Of a stretch of DNA of 64,000 nt, positions 1-12,200 are shown piece after piece. The notes under the pieces are model-generated. The model worked only from the letters and a program-made list of their open reading frames with translations. It was not told where the DNA came from and did no database searches. A program made the position numbers and the translations under genes. Within the stretch, counting starts at the first letter, position 1. Each line of letters opens with the position of its first letter. This stretch comes from Dimorphilus gyrociliatus (Eukaryota; Animalia; Annelida): the NCBI GenBank assembly GCA_904063045.1, contig CAJFCJ010000028.1:873230-937229 (forward strand). Direction: 5' to 3'.

Positions 1-1967
1 GTTATATTAAGTTTGGTTATTGAATAAAATTCGTTCAAAATATAATAATGCTGCTTTGTTGATTTTATAATTTATAAACTCTACTTTTCTATAAATAAAT
101 GTAAAAATTTAAATATAAACATAAATAATGAAACTGTTTGTTGGATGATGATGTGCGGTAGTGCCCTCTGTTGGAGTATCAAAATATAATAAACGTATAG
201 TTCTTATATTATTGTTTCAAAATGTATTGTTAATTTTGTTAAAAAAGGGACAGGAACGTTAAAAATTCAAAACTGCTTAGAATTAATAAGCATCTGCAAA
301 AATAACTTCTTTTTAGGTACTATTCATACTTTCTCTTTGGCTTAGATTAAGATGAGTAAGACACAGAAGGTCTGTAACTTTACAATAGATTTCATAGAAT
401 TATTATAAATTAATCAAAAATACATTAATTAACTCTTTGTCCTTTATTACAATTAGAGGAAAGTGCTAAAGATTGTTTAAGGAAGACACAGGAAAAGTAA
501 AGAAAGAGCTCTTTTTTTTCTATATTAATCAACTCTAATGAAGAAAGTAATTGTAAAGCAAATAAAACCCAATAAGTTGATCAGTCTATCTTTATGTCTA
601 TCTCTTTCTCTTCTCCTTCCAAGTTCGATAAAGCGATTCAGTAACCAGGGTAAATTTTGTAAATAAAAAAGATTAACAATAAGAGATCTTACTGCTTTTG
701 TATATTTTTTTCATTACGAAAGTATATTCTATCCTTCAGTAAATTGAAAGTAAATAAGATTTCTTTTGTTCAAAAGGTTAGAAAATCATAAAATAATTCA
801 TTATTTATTAGATAATCATTTAGGATAAAAATTTATGAGTTCCTCGAACTCTTAGAGAGATAAGGCACAACACATTCTTTATCCAAGCTAAATATAAATT
901 ACTATTACATCTAATTATGAATTTCTTCTGTATGATAAATTTCATCTGGCTGGTTGATGTCTTTCACGAAATGTTGTCATCTGGATTAATAGCTTATTAT
1001 TACTCTTTAAATCTATTTATTGCTTACTAAGAATGAAATTGAAGTGATACAATTATGAAATTCAAAACGATCTTCGTTTTTTTTATTTAATTATTGAATT
1101 AAATACATAAATAGTTTGTTATAGTAAACCAAGATGAGACCTTTACTATATTTATTCTTATTTTCTTTGTAGAAAAGCTTCTACAGATTATGCAGTATAT
1201 GATTCTTGTTCTTTTGGCTTATAACTCTTGTAGAAGACAATCGCATATAGAAACAGTTTTATCTCTTCCACATTGATTATATCTTATCGTAGACATCTTT
1301 ACGAGGCCTATTACTAACGAAATGGTCGAGAGCAAATCAACGGATGCCCATCTTAGAGTAGGCAATGACAGAAAGGTAATATCGTACTTGGAATATCATA
1401 TTAACAAACCAACTTACTGATAAAGTAGTCGTAAGGAAATTGAAATGGTGACTTAAAGCGAATATTTCTTGTCTGTTAAACATAAACCTTCCTTTAGTCC
1501 ATACACTAATATATTTGCCTATTTTCTCTTGGTAATATCTACATATACTCTGTACATATTGTTAATGCACTATGCAAAAGAAACATTTCTACAGTATATA
1601 CAATATAGGAGTTGTATATAATGTTTACACTTGAAAGAGATGCATATCTTTGGAGATAATATGGGATGAAATCTTGAAAAAATAATAAAAAATATAAAAT
1701 GTAAAGAAAAGAAAGAATAAAAAATATAAAACAGCAAAAAAATAATAAACGAAAGAGGTATTATCACACCTCAAGTAAGATATATATTTAATTAATGTAT
1801 ACCGTGTTAGAGAGACAAGGCTAAAAGGTAAAAAAAGATTTAAAATAGACATTGTAAATTATAAAATACAAAATCCTTGACAATATTTCAGAGTTATTAT
1901 CTTTTTCTTCATTTGATTGTATATGGTTGACGATGTAATAATAAAAATAGAGAAACTTTTCAGAAGT

Positions 1968-2912
1968 ATGAATATATTATATTCAAAGAATACCTCTTGT
2001 TCACTTTGTTTGGTAGTGAATGTTACTTCTTCTGGATATGAATTAATAGATGGTGTTTCTAATCTTCATAGATCCGTTTATCTGATCTCATTTATTGTTG
2101 CATTATTTAGTTTTATTACATTTTATATTGTTTTATCTACGAAGTCATTGCGGACTCCGAATGGAATATTAATGCTTCATTTGTCAATTATCGATATTTT
2201 ATTGGTTGTATTTTCAGTATCAGGAATGATAAATGCTGAAATAACTGGCATCGTTTCGAAAGAAGTGTGCTTTGGTCAAGCAGCGGTTTTACCCCAAATA
2301 GGTGCTCTATCTTTAATTTCAATATTTCTTCTAAATTTGGATAGGTATATTGCTATTGTAAAACCATTTAAATATAATACATATGTTAATTTTAAGACGT
2401 TATGCGTGAGTGTTTCGCTTTGTTGGTGTAGCATATATCTATCAAAGTTCAATTATAATAAGCAACGTATTGCTTTTAACGTAGTTACTCTTCAATGTAT
2501 TGTGGCTCCTTACAATGAAACAGAGCTATGGCTTGTCTATTTAGGTGTATTCTTCTTTTTGATCTCGATTTTACTATGTTTTATGTATGTTCATTTGTAT
2601 ATAATTCTGAGAAAGCTAACAAGAGTGATGAATAGCGAAATTTCTACACCACATAGAAAGGACAAAATAAGAAATAAAGGTTTGAAAACAACAAGTTTAA
2701 TCCTTATATCCTTCTATCTCTTTTATGCACCGAAGGCCACTGACATAGTTTTAAAAGCTTTTGGATACACAAATAATCCGTACTTCGACTTTTTTGGCTA
2801 CTTAATAGCTTTAAAATATGGCATTGTTAATAATCTATTATATGGAGGAACAAATAGAACATTTATAACAGTTTTCGTATCAAAATTCAGAAAATTTATA
2901 AAAATGTGCTGA
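1968..2912 (+). CDS. Single-exon class A (rhodopsin-like) GPCR, orphan/chemoreceptor-like paralog 1
   Basis: Seven hydrophobic segments; LRTPNGILMLHLSIID (TM2), TM3 Cys (EVCFGQ), LNLDRYIAIVKPFKY, ECL2 Cys (LQCIV), TM7 VNNLLYG. The ORF track starts at TTG 1917. In-frame ATGs lie at 1923 and 1968; 1968 was chosen because it aligns with the paralog starts. Confidence 0.9.
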   Translation: MNILYSKNTSCSLCLVVNVTSSGYELIDGVSNLHRSVYLISFIVALFSFITFYIVLSTKSLRTPNGILMLHLSIIDILLVVFSVSGMINAEITGIVSKEVCFGQAAVLPQIGALSLISIFLLNLDRYIAIVKPFKYNTYVNFKTLCVSVSLCWCSIYLSKFNYNKQRIAFNVVTLQCIVAPYNETELWLVYLGVFFFLISILLCFMYVHLYIILRKLTRVMNSEISTPHRKDKIRNKGLKTTSLILISFYLFYAPKATDIVLKAFGYTNNPYFDFFGYLIALKYGIVNNLLYGGTNRTFITVFVSKFRKFIKMC

Positions 2913-3137
2913 GGTTCACAACTCTTACGAAATTTCACTTACAACAATTACTTAGCGAATGTAAAAATATGTAAAATTTTTAAGACACTTCCAATCCATT
3001 CAAGAAATGATAACTACAAGTAACAACTATTTTCTTCACAGCATAATCTTTGATGGGAAATATTGAGAGAGAATTTTTGAAAGTCAATTGAAATACTAAT
3101 ATGTCAATGTTTTAATCTTTGAAAAACTTTAAACTTT

Positions 3138-4052
3138 TTATTTCCTTAGAGATTTAAAAACAGCTTTACATTCATTTCTAAATCTTATACTTAATATCCA
3201 ATAAACAGCAAAATTAACGACGTTATTTGTGAAAAAAAAAAATTCTATGACATCTTTAAATGACTTTGGCATTACTCCTTTTATGATGAAAGGAATATAT
3301 GCCAGAGAGAAGAGAGTTGTTAAAATCATTAAAATTTTTGCCGTTTTAGCTGCTTCCTTTCCCTTACGACTTTCAGTCTTTTTTGATTTGTCTTTCGTAG
3401 GTTTACCGGTCGTACTATGACCTCCAGTGCTTAAACTAACAGTTGTTAATGATTCAATATCTTTTTGAGTAGATGGAGTGTGGCTAACTTTGTTTTTTTC
3501 CCTCTTTCGAAGAGCTTTAAAGGCCAAAGTATACATTGTTATAACTATAATCAATAGGATCATGAAACAAGCTAGTATGTAAATCCTAAAAGCCATCAAG
3601 ATGTATCTTTGCAAAAACATCATTACCATGACTTGAAAAAATGTAATGGTACCATCCAACATAACAATCCTAATAGCTTTTCTTTCATTAAGAGCGAATA
3701 AAAGAGGTTTTGCAAGAGCAAAGTATCGATCAACAGAAATTGAAGTAAATACAATTCCCATTAAAACAAAAAGATACTGCATAACAGCAGTGTAAATTAT
3801 GTGCGGGACCTCTGTTAGTAATCCAAATATGTATGTGATACTGTAAGGTATCATAAAAGTACAGGTGAATAAATCTATTCCAGCTAATGTCATAATGAAT
3901 ACTCTTGAACTATTTTTCTCTCTCTTCTTATAGACTAACAGAATCAGAATATTTCCAAATATTCCCAGAAAAAATAGTATCGAAATGAAAGAAACAGTTA
4001 TGTAAACTGCAAGTGGGGCTGATATCCAGCCATTTGAATTAGTAGTATTCAT
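3138..4052 (-). CDS. Single-exon class A GPCR of a different subfamily (orphan)
   Basis: MNTT N-glycosylation start, GIFGN (TM1), LAGID (TM2), SVDRYFALAKP, AYIP (TM6), NNVVNFAVY (TM7); 304 aa. Confidence 0.88.
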   Translation of the reverse strand: MNTTNSNGWISAPLAVYITVSFISILFFLGIFGNILILLVYKKREKNSSRVFIMTLAGIDLFTCTFMIPYSITYIFGLLTEVPHIIYTAVMQYLFVLMGIVFTSISVDRYFALAKPLLFALNERKAIRIVMLDGTITFFQVMVMMFLQRYILMAFRIYILACFMILLIIVITMYTLAFKALRKREKNKVSHTPSTQKDIESLTTVSLSTGGHSTTGKPTKDKSKKTESRKGKEAAKTAKILMILTTLFSLAYIPFIIKGVMPKSFKDVIEFFFFTNNVVNFAVYWILSIRFRNECKAVFKSLRK

Positions 4053-4979
4053 CCTAGCCGATTGAAAAAAGATTAAATAGATTTTACTTGTTTTACATAC
4101 TGCCTAGACTCTATGAAGTTATAAGTGAAATACTAACAATTTTGTATATATCTTAATAAATTTACTTAAAAATGAAGATAGAAATACCTGCTTTAACACA
4201 AAAGAAAAGCCTGATTTAGTCTTTGATTGAATTCTTCTTGAAGTTTCCCTAATTTTCTTTTAAGAAATGTTGTATATAATCTGTAAGTCTATGAAAATTA
4301 TCTAGAATAACAGCTTTCTATGATTTTCTCTAATAAGCACACTGATATCACATAGAGCTTCTCTGTCATGTGAAATAATAATGTAATTATAATAGTGAAA
4401 GGAAAAAAAAGTATATTGATTGCAAAAACTGGTAGGAAAATTTACGTACAGAGTAGAGATAATACACTAATAGTTTAGTAAACAATAAATAGACTCTGTA
4501 TATACAGTAAATATATCTATATGACAGTATAATTTATTACTTCATCAGCAACTATTAAATTATACTAATTATTGAAAAAGATCCATTTAATTTTCTGTTG
4601 GACAAATTTGAATGAAAATGATATACGGCAGATTAGTTTGTTATTTCAAAAGATTTATCAAAATATCAAACAAGAGCGAATATTTTAAAAGTTTAAGGAT
4701 AGGTAGTATTTTACATGCATATCGGATTTTTGTATTTAATCTTATCATTCTATTTTTTTGAAACACCTTACTTTTTTATATTATTTCATAAGAATATTAT
4801 GAAAAGCCTCTTAATAATCTGGTTTAACCAGAAGAGAAAGACTACAAAGAAAATTTCCGTAATGTAAAGCGATTATTTAAAAAGTTTGTTTGTGTCTATG
4901 TCTATACCATATAAATATATTTCAGTGCGCGTCGAAAAGGCACAACCTTTTCATTTTCGATGTGGAATCGCATGTAAAT

Positions 4980-5996
4980 ATGGATGTATTAAATCTCGGA
5001 AATTTTTCCTGTTCTTACTGCGCTGAAATAACTTTTGATGGAAAATATTTTAATTTTGAAGGAAGTATTCACTTTCTCTATCGAATAATCTATTTCTTGT
5101 TCTTTTTTATATTATTTGTTAACTTAACAATAATTATTACTGTTTTATCAACAAAATCGTTAATTAATTCCAATGGAATAATTATGCTGAATTTATGTAT
5201 TAATAACATAATATTTGGATTTATCGTTTTCTTACCAATTTTCATCTCCGATATATCGAATAGTCTGCCTATGCATGTTTGCAGTGCACAAGCGATTATA
5301 TTTCCACTTACAATTGGTATTTCGTCAATTACGTTATTGCTTTTAAATGCGGATAGATATATTCTAATTTTGAAACCTTTTCGGCATGAGAGAATCATGA
5401 AAAAGAAGATTGTTATGAGCGTCATATTGTTTATTTGGATACTTCGATTATTTCTATGCCTGACATCAATTTTCAATAACAAAAAAATGCAAATAAACGC
5501 AATTCTCTTTCTTTGTATTTATCCTGTAAGAGGTAATCGTGTGTATTGGCTAAGTACAGTTATAATTGATTTTCTATTAACTCCCTTATCTTTAATTTTT
5601 ATCTATACTCACCTCTTTTTAATTTCAAGAAAATTGAGGAAAATAGAACATTCTAATCTAACTACTAGGCTATCAACTGTAAAATCAAACTGGAAAGGAC
5701 TAAAATCATTAATTATAATAATTTTATCATATTACGTATCATGGTCACCGATGGGTTTAACTATACTTATTACTATAATAAACACGAAATATATTCCCAA
5801 ATTTCTTCCAATAATATCATTTCATATTTATGTTCTAAATAGTGTGTTGAGTGGGTTGATATATGGAAGTAACAACAAAGCTTTTAAAACGGGTATTAAT
5901 AGGAATATACAAAAAATAAAGAAGAAATTTGGATGTAACTATAATAATGTCGGCGATAGTTTCGTTTTCTCTGTTCACTCCTCTCTAAACAATTGA
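4980..5996 (+). CDS. Single-exon class A GPCR, paralog 2
   Basis: ATG at 4980 (MDVLNLGNFSCSYC); NGIIMLNL, HVCSAQ, LNADRYILILKPFRH, SWSP, LIYGSNN. The upstream TTG start in the ORF track is unlikely in a eukaryote. Confidence 0.9.
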   Translation: MDVLNLGNFSCSYCAEITFDGKYFNFEGSIHFLYRIIYFLFFFILFVNLTIIITVLSTKSLINSNGIIMLNLCINNIIFGFIVFLPIFISDISNSLPMHVCSAQAIIFPLTIGISSITLLLLNADRYILILKPFRHERIMKKKIVMSVILFIWILRLFLCLTSIFNNKKMQINAILFLCIYPVRGNRVYWLSTVIIDFLLTPLSLIFIYTHLFLISRKLRKIEHSNLTTRLSTVKSNWKGLKSLIIIILSYYVSWSPMGLTILITIINTKYIPKFLPIISFHIYVLNSVLSGLIYGSNNKAFKTGINRNIQKIKKKFGCNYNNVGDSFVFSVHSSLNN

Positions 5997-6797
5997 AATT
6001 AATTTCTTTTTGATTAAATCAACATAAAATGGTGAAAAATATCTTCAACTATAGTTAACCGTTTACAAACTTATCATTTGAGAAAGTATAATCATAAATA
6101 ACATTAAAGAAGAAAAGTCTTGTCTTATGTTTCTCATACTTTCAATATTATGTCGAAAAGGAGAAAAATAGTTATATGAGAAAGATTTTTTTGATAAATA
6201 ACAATCAAGTATACTGTTTTCATGCTGATCTTGCAAACTCCCATACTTTTAATTAATAAAATGTTAAATCTATCAATTGGATGTAAGAACATCTTTAGCT
6301 CTTTGATCATTCTGTTTTTTATGTAATCTCTCACTCTCTCCGTCTTCCTACTTCTCTGTTTGTCAGTCGTATCTCTCTCATTCTCGTTTCTTTGTATCTC
6401 TTAACAATACTCTCCTTATTTACTCTGACTGTTGTACTTCAATAAACGTTCTTCTTACTACCTTGGGAGAGCACTGAATTGAATGAATTTATTAAGGTGG
6501 GTCAGAAGAAACATTTACATACTCATTTTCCCACGTTAAACTAACACTACTAATGGAATTAGCTTCAAGGTCGTGAATGATGAGAATGATAATAATTCTT
6601 GTTTTGTAACATTGTAAAATATACTGTATAATTAAAAAAGATGGCTGTAAAAGTCTTTGTTACAAAAGTAATAATAAGATTACTTAGACGGCATATACAT
6701 CCATTAATTAATTAATTAATTAATACAGAGGAGGATCAGCAGAACAGTGAAATTCTGAAGAAAATACGCAGTCTGTTTTGAATCTCAGCAAAAAACG

Positions 6798-7814
6798 ATG
6801 CAAATTCTTAATGCTAGCTTGTGTAGTCTATGTCCTAAAGTTTTTGAAGAAGGTAATAATCTAGCTTTTCCTTTTGGAACTCATCCTGTTCAAAAAATAT
6901 CATATGTTATATGTGCTTTGCTAATTTTGACGAATACCGCTACAATTTTGATAATAGCATCAAATAAATCATTGATGAATGTCAATGGTATTTTAATGTT
7001 GAATTTATGTTTTATGGATATTTGCTTTGGTTTATTCAATATTATTAATATGATGTCGGCTGATATATACTTTAAAGTTTTTGAAAAGGTTTGTCAAGTC
7101 CAGTCTATTCTTTTACCATGTTCAGGAGGAATTTCTGTTTGTACATTATTGCTCTTGAATTTGAATCGCTACATTTCTATAATTAAACCTCTGAGATATC
7201 ATCATATCGTAACACATAAGAGAACTATATTGGTCTTAATTATGCTCTATTTATTTCATATTTCAATAACTTGTTGTCTACATATAAGGAAAAATGAAGT
7301 GATACTAGCTGAAGCTATAATGGTCTGTCTGGTAAGATTGAAAGATGAACCAATCATTTGGATATTGATAGTTTTTGTGGATAACGTATTGGTTTCAGTT
7401 ACATTATTTATTATTTATTTACACATTTATTGTATTTTAAAGAAATTTTCAAAGGTTTTAAATTATGATACAAATCAAACAACCAACAAATCGCCAACAA
7501 ACAAAAAAGGGATGGCATCTTTGCTAGCTATTGTTCTCATATACTACTTTTCAACGAGCCCCTTGAGCTTTTTTCTATTTGCAACGATGTCCAGTAAAGA
7601 ACCTCTAAATCAAAGTTATTTACTATTTTTCCTGTATCTTTCAAATGTGAACGGAGTACTAAACAGCTTCGTCTACGGAAGTACAAATAAATTATTTAAA
7701 AGAGTTCTTAAACTGAATTGGATAAAATTTCGAACCTTCATTAATCCAGCTTATGTTAATACCTCAGGAGATTTATTTACAATTCAAAATGCTTATTCCA
7801 ACAAAACAGCATAA
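6798..7814 (+). CDS. Single-exon class A GPCR, paralog 3 (NRY variant)
   Basis: NGILMLNLCFMD, KVCQVQ, LNLNRYISIIKPLRY, STSP, LNSFVYGSTN; 338 aa. Confidence 0.9.
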   Translation: MQILNASLCSLCPKVFEEGNNLAFPFGTHPVQKISYVICALLILTNTATILIIASNKSLMNVNGILMLNLCFMDICFGLFNIINMMSADIYFKVFEKVCQVQSILLPCSGGISVCTLLLLNLNRYISIIKPLRYHHIVTHKRTILVLIMLYLFHISITCCLHIRKNEVILAEAIMVCLVRLKDEPIIWILIVFVDNVLVSVTLFIIYLHIYCILKKFSKVLNYDTNQTTNKSPTNKKGMASLLAIVLIYYFSTSPLSFFLFATMSSKEPLNQSYLLFFLYLSNVNGVLNSFVYGSTNKLFKRVLKLNWIKFRTFINPAYVNTSGDLFTIQNAYSNKTA

Positions 7815-8286
7815 AGAAAAAAATCCTGAGCATAATTATACGCTATCTATTATATTAAAAGTTGAATGCAATATTTGTATAGTATTGTAGCAACGTATAG
7901 AAAGTTTCTCTGTATAATCCTATATGTACATACATATATATATATATATGTACTTTATATATACCCGATAAAATAATGTATAGGATATATAATTTTACAA
8001 ATTGCTTTAAAGAAAACGGATTGTCTTTAAAGAACAGTTTATTAAGTAAACTACTCAAGTTATTTCTCATTCCTTAAAATTACAGTATATAAGGAAAAAT
8101 TACTTGTTTGTTGTTACTTTAGAGCATCTCTGATTAAACGTTTGCAAACAAGATACGGTGGAGAAGTATATACAGTATATTGTGTGTTCTATTTATTTAC
8201 ATCTATTCTATTTAGATACGAGGGTGTTTATATGATATATAACGTGTATACTGTACTTTTTTGTTGTATTACTAGAAATAAACTAA

Positions 8287-9285
8287 ATGTTGTTGACAAA
8301 TGTTTCTTGTTATTTCTGCATTGAAATCACTAAATGTAAAACTTATTTTTCAATTAATGATAGTTTAACGATAGTACATCGTCTTATGTATTTTATATTT
8401 ATCCTTACTTTAATTGCTAATGTATTTACTATTTATATCATACTTTCATCAAAAGTTTTAAGAAACGTCAATGGTATTTTAATGTTGAACTTATCCATTG
8501 TTGATATCATCTTGACTTTCATAAACACTATTGGTAACATTTCACTTGATATCACATCAAAATTGCCTTATTTACTATGTCAATTTCAATCAGTTCTCAT
8601 ACCGGCTTTAGCAGGGACATCTTCACTTACCATGATCCTTTTGAATATTGATAGATATATCTCTATAATTAAACCTCTGAAATATAAGCTATACGCTACG
8701 AAGAAGGTTGCTGCTATAAGTATAATAATAGCCTGGTGTTTTCAATTTATTTCTTCTTCAAGCCTGCTATGGAGCAATGGTGAAGCGGAAATGAACAATT
8801 GGAGTTTGGTTTGTCTTGTTCCTCTAACATCTAAAAAGGTTATTTGGGGCTTTTTGGCTTTTGTTGATTACGTACTAATGGCAATTGTTCTGTTATATAT
8901 ATACACACATATATACATAATAACTAAAAGATTGAAAAAAATTTGTCAAATATCAAATAATCATACAATTGAACATCGATTTTCAAAGCAGAATAGTAAA
9001 GGTATGAGAACAGTGTTTTTAATTGTGGTATTTTATTATATATCATGGAGTCCGAGTGGTCTATACGTTATACTTAAGACAACTAAATTGTACGATACCG
9101 AACCAAATTTTTCAACTGTAACACTTTACGCACTATGTGTAAACAGTTTTTGTAATTGCATTATATACGGTAGCACGAATACTTGTTTTAAAAAGGCAAT
9201 ATTTCGAAAATGGAAGTTTCTAAGGATGAAATTTTCTAAAGCAGCTATAAGTGATATATCTATTACAAGAAACAGTACGATTTGA
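8287..9285 (+). CDS. Single-exon class A GPCR, paralog 4
   Basis: MLLTNVSCYFC, NGILMLNLSIVD, LLCQFQ, LNIDRYISIIKPLKY, SWSP, IIYGSTN; 332 aa. Confidence 0.9.
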   Translation: MLLTNVSCYFCIEITKCKTYFSINDSLTIVHRLMYFIFILTLIANVFTIYIILSSKVLRNVNGILMLNLSIVDIILTFINTIGNISLDITSKLPYLLCQFQSVLIPALAGTSSLTMILLNIDRYISIIKPLKYKLYATKKVAAISIIIAWCFQFISSSSLLWSNGEAEMNNWSLVCLVPLTSKKVIWGFLAFVDYVLMAIVLLYIYTHIYIITKRLKKICQISNNHTIEHRFSKQNSKGMRTVFLIVVFYYISWSPSGLYVILKTTKLYDTEPNFSTVTLYALCVNSFCNCIIYGSTNTCFKKAIFRKWKFLRMKFSKAAISDISITRNSTI

Positions 9286-12200
9286 AAGAAGTATATATGT
9301 AGTATCGTGTTCCTTTTTTGTATTCATTATATTTGGAATCACTTTACTTAATAGATGTAATCTGCAAATCCTTACAGTTCTCTAAAGGAAAATGTAAGAT
9401 ACGTTAATTTTATTAGCTAAGCAAATGCATTTATTCGGCTTATATACTCAGCCAAACAACACAATTGCAGATCATTGAACTTCAATAGCAGAATCAAACA
9501 ATTCGTTTATGAATTAGTTCAAATATATCGTAGGATATTAATGACATTATCTATGTCAAAATTATCTTTACTTGTCAATACACTTGGAGTAAAATGATAA
9601 CATATTGTACCATCTTTTTCTCTTGAGAATCTAATAGATTTTATACCTATATTCATGTTCCCTAGATGCTTTTATTAATATTTTAATATTGACAATGTTA
9701 TTATAATTATACTATTAAGACATTCACAAAAATCCATCAGGATAGTGGCTCCATCTCTCACCAAATAGAATCCTATTTTCCACATATATTAAACTGTATA
9801 ATATTATATATGGAAATATACTAAGCCGCCTTCTCCCTCCCTCTCCACTCGATCTATATTTAAGTATTAAAAACATTAATAAAGGAAAGAAAATCAATTT
9901 TCCGTTTTAAAAAATTTCATTTACATATTAGTGATCTTTTCTTTTTTTATAGTGAAACTTATATCTATTTATAAAATTTTTACTTTGAAGCGAATTAAGC
10001 AATGATTTCCCCAATTCTTCCTTTTTCTCTTACGCAACTGTTAAAGTCATTTATTTAATAATATGTATTATTAATAAATCTTGTAATTTTTATTATTGAA
10101 TACAAAACAGGAGTAGAATTGAGTAAATGGGAAAAAGAAGAGTAAAAGGTAAAAAGAGAGAGAGAGAGAGAAAGAAAAAAAGAGTGAATGAGTGAGTGAC
10201 TGAGTAAGTTAGCGAGTGCAATGTAAGAGAATAAGAACAGAAGAGAGAGAGAGAGAGAAAGAGAGAAAGAATGGGAAAGAACAAAGAAAACTATTTAATA
10301 ATACCACTATACTATAGATATATACAGTTATGTATTCCATTTAAAGTATTTAATATTTAATGTATGATTATAATAACGATTTCTAATAGTAAAGATAATA
10401 TTATTGGCTGTATGAGTTATGTTAAAAACGTTCAATTTGAAATGGTATTTGAACAGAATTTTCTTTTTATATGAGGTTTTTTATTATGTAAATATTACAT
10501 GTCTCTATTTAGATACAGTTTATTAAAATCTAACAAGCTGTTATAAGTGACGTCTTGAAAAAATCATTTTTAATCATAATCTTAACAAATCATAAAAAAG
10601 CTAATTTTTTCAAATATAAAGGATTCGATTTCCTGTTATTACTCCTCTTCGAAATATTTGTCAAAAAGATCAATAACCCATTTACCTCCATATACTGTTT
10701 TTTATATATTCAGTGTTGTTGTTTATATCTTTGACTTTATTGAGAAATGTTTACATTTTTATTGGAAAACGAACAATTTATTGGTTCATTGAAATTAATA
10801 ATCAATACTTCTTTCTTTCAAAATCTCTTTCTTTTTTACGCTTTTCGAGTGTTTAGCCTGTTTGTTGGACAGAATTTTTCTATTATAAAATGATCTCGCT
10901 AAAGGGAAACCATTCGCTATTGTCTAATTAACCGCATTACAAAAATTACTCAAGATTGAATACAGTATGGCAAGAGCTAATCTTTTTAAGAGGAAAAGTA
11001 AAGATCATATATCTCCTGTAGTTGGTTCCAACCTCTCCCTTAGGGCAGGGAATTCCCCATAAATTTCTCATTTTACGGACAAATTCAGGGAAAAAATGGG
11101 TGAATTACTGTATTTTCGAAAAGGAAAACGACAAGGGCAAATATAAGAAACTAAATGAAGTCACGAACTAAAATGGGAGCTATTTTATTTACTTTATCTA
11201 CAATTCCCACTTTCATTCAAAAAAAACAAAATCAATCAACCAATTTATGTCTATGAAATATGAATATTATCCCTTAATCTCTAAGAAATCTATTTTTTAT
11301 GAATATTCATAAAGTATTCGAATTACATTATTAAACTCTTTATTCAAAATCCATTAAAGTTGCGAAGGGAGAGGGGAAACTAAATTGAAAATCTAAAAGT
11401 ATGTAAAAAAAAAGGCTGTAAGCATCCCCATCCCCATTCCCTCGCCTTCTTTTTCTCTATTTTGTTGAATTAATAGAATGTTGAATTTTTTTGGAAATAG
11501 ATTAAACGATAAAAATGTGATCGGTTATAGGCAAAATATTAATATAAAAGAATAAATAAAGTTTTCATAGCCAAATTGATTTTTTTTCTTCTTTTTCTTT
11601 TTTTCCTTTTTTTCACTTTAGCAGTTAATTGAATTGGAATCAAAAACCGCTTATTCTCAAGAGAGTCAACTCTGAGGAAAATTTGATTTTTCATTCTATA
11701 TCCTTTGGGAAGAAATACAATCGTAAGGAAACGAAGGACGTCAACTCGAAGTGGGATAAAATTAACCAACTGTATTCCCATATAGTTTCTTAATGAGAGA
11801 AAAATTCTACTCATTCTCTACATATTTGAATGCAGTTGGAATTGACAAAACTATTAGCTTCCTTGACCTAAAAGCCGAAATCAAGCCATGAAAATATTTT
11901 TCGTATATACTTTTATAGGAAAAAGAACTATAGATTAGACTTTGAAGGATAATTGCTTTTATCAAATATGTATACAGTTACAAAAATTAAAGAAAAGTAA
12001 TAAATTAACAAGACTAGTTTCTACTTTATCATATCACCTTCTGACTCTTTAGTTGATGATATTAGATTTGGTTTTCTTTTCTTTCATTTCCACCTTAATC
12101 GAGATTTAAAAGTTTTTGAAGAGAGAGATCAATAATTCATAATTCTTAGCTCTACCCTTTTCTGTTTCTCTTCTTTAAATTCTAAATTATTTTTATTAGA

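Noticed and set aside
2800-2850. Lysine in TM7 of GPCR paralog 1 (ALKYGIVNNLLY) suggesting an opsin
   Set aside because: The Lys is 9 residues before the TM7 Tyr (7.44), whereas the retinal-binding K296 is 10 before (7.43). It is absent from the three paralogs.
11360-11450. Imperfect inverted repeat (gcgaagggagagggga ... tccccattccctcgc)
   Set aside because: Low-complexity purine/pyrimidine arms, no target-site duplication and no second copy.
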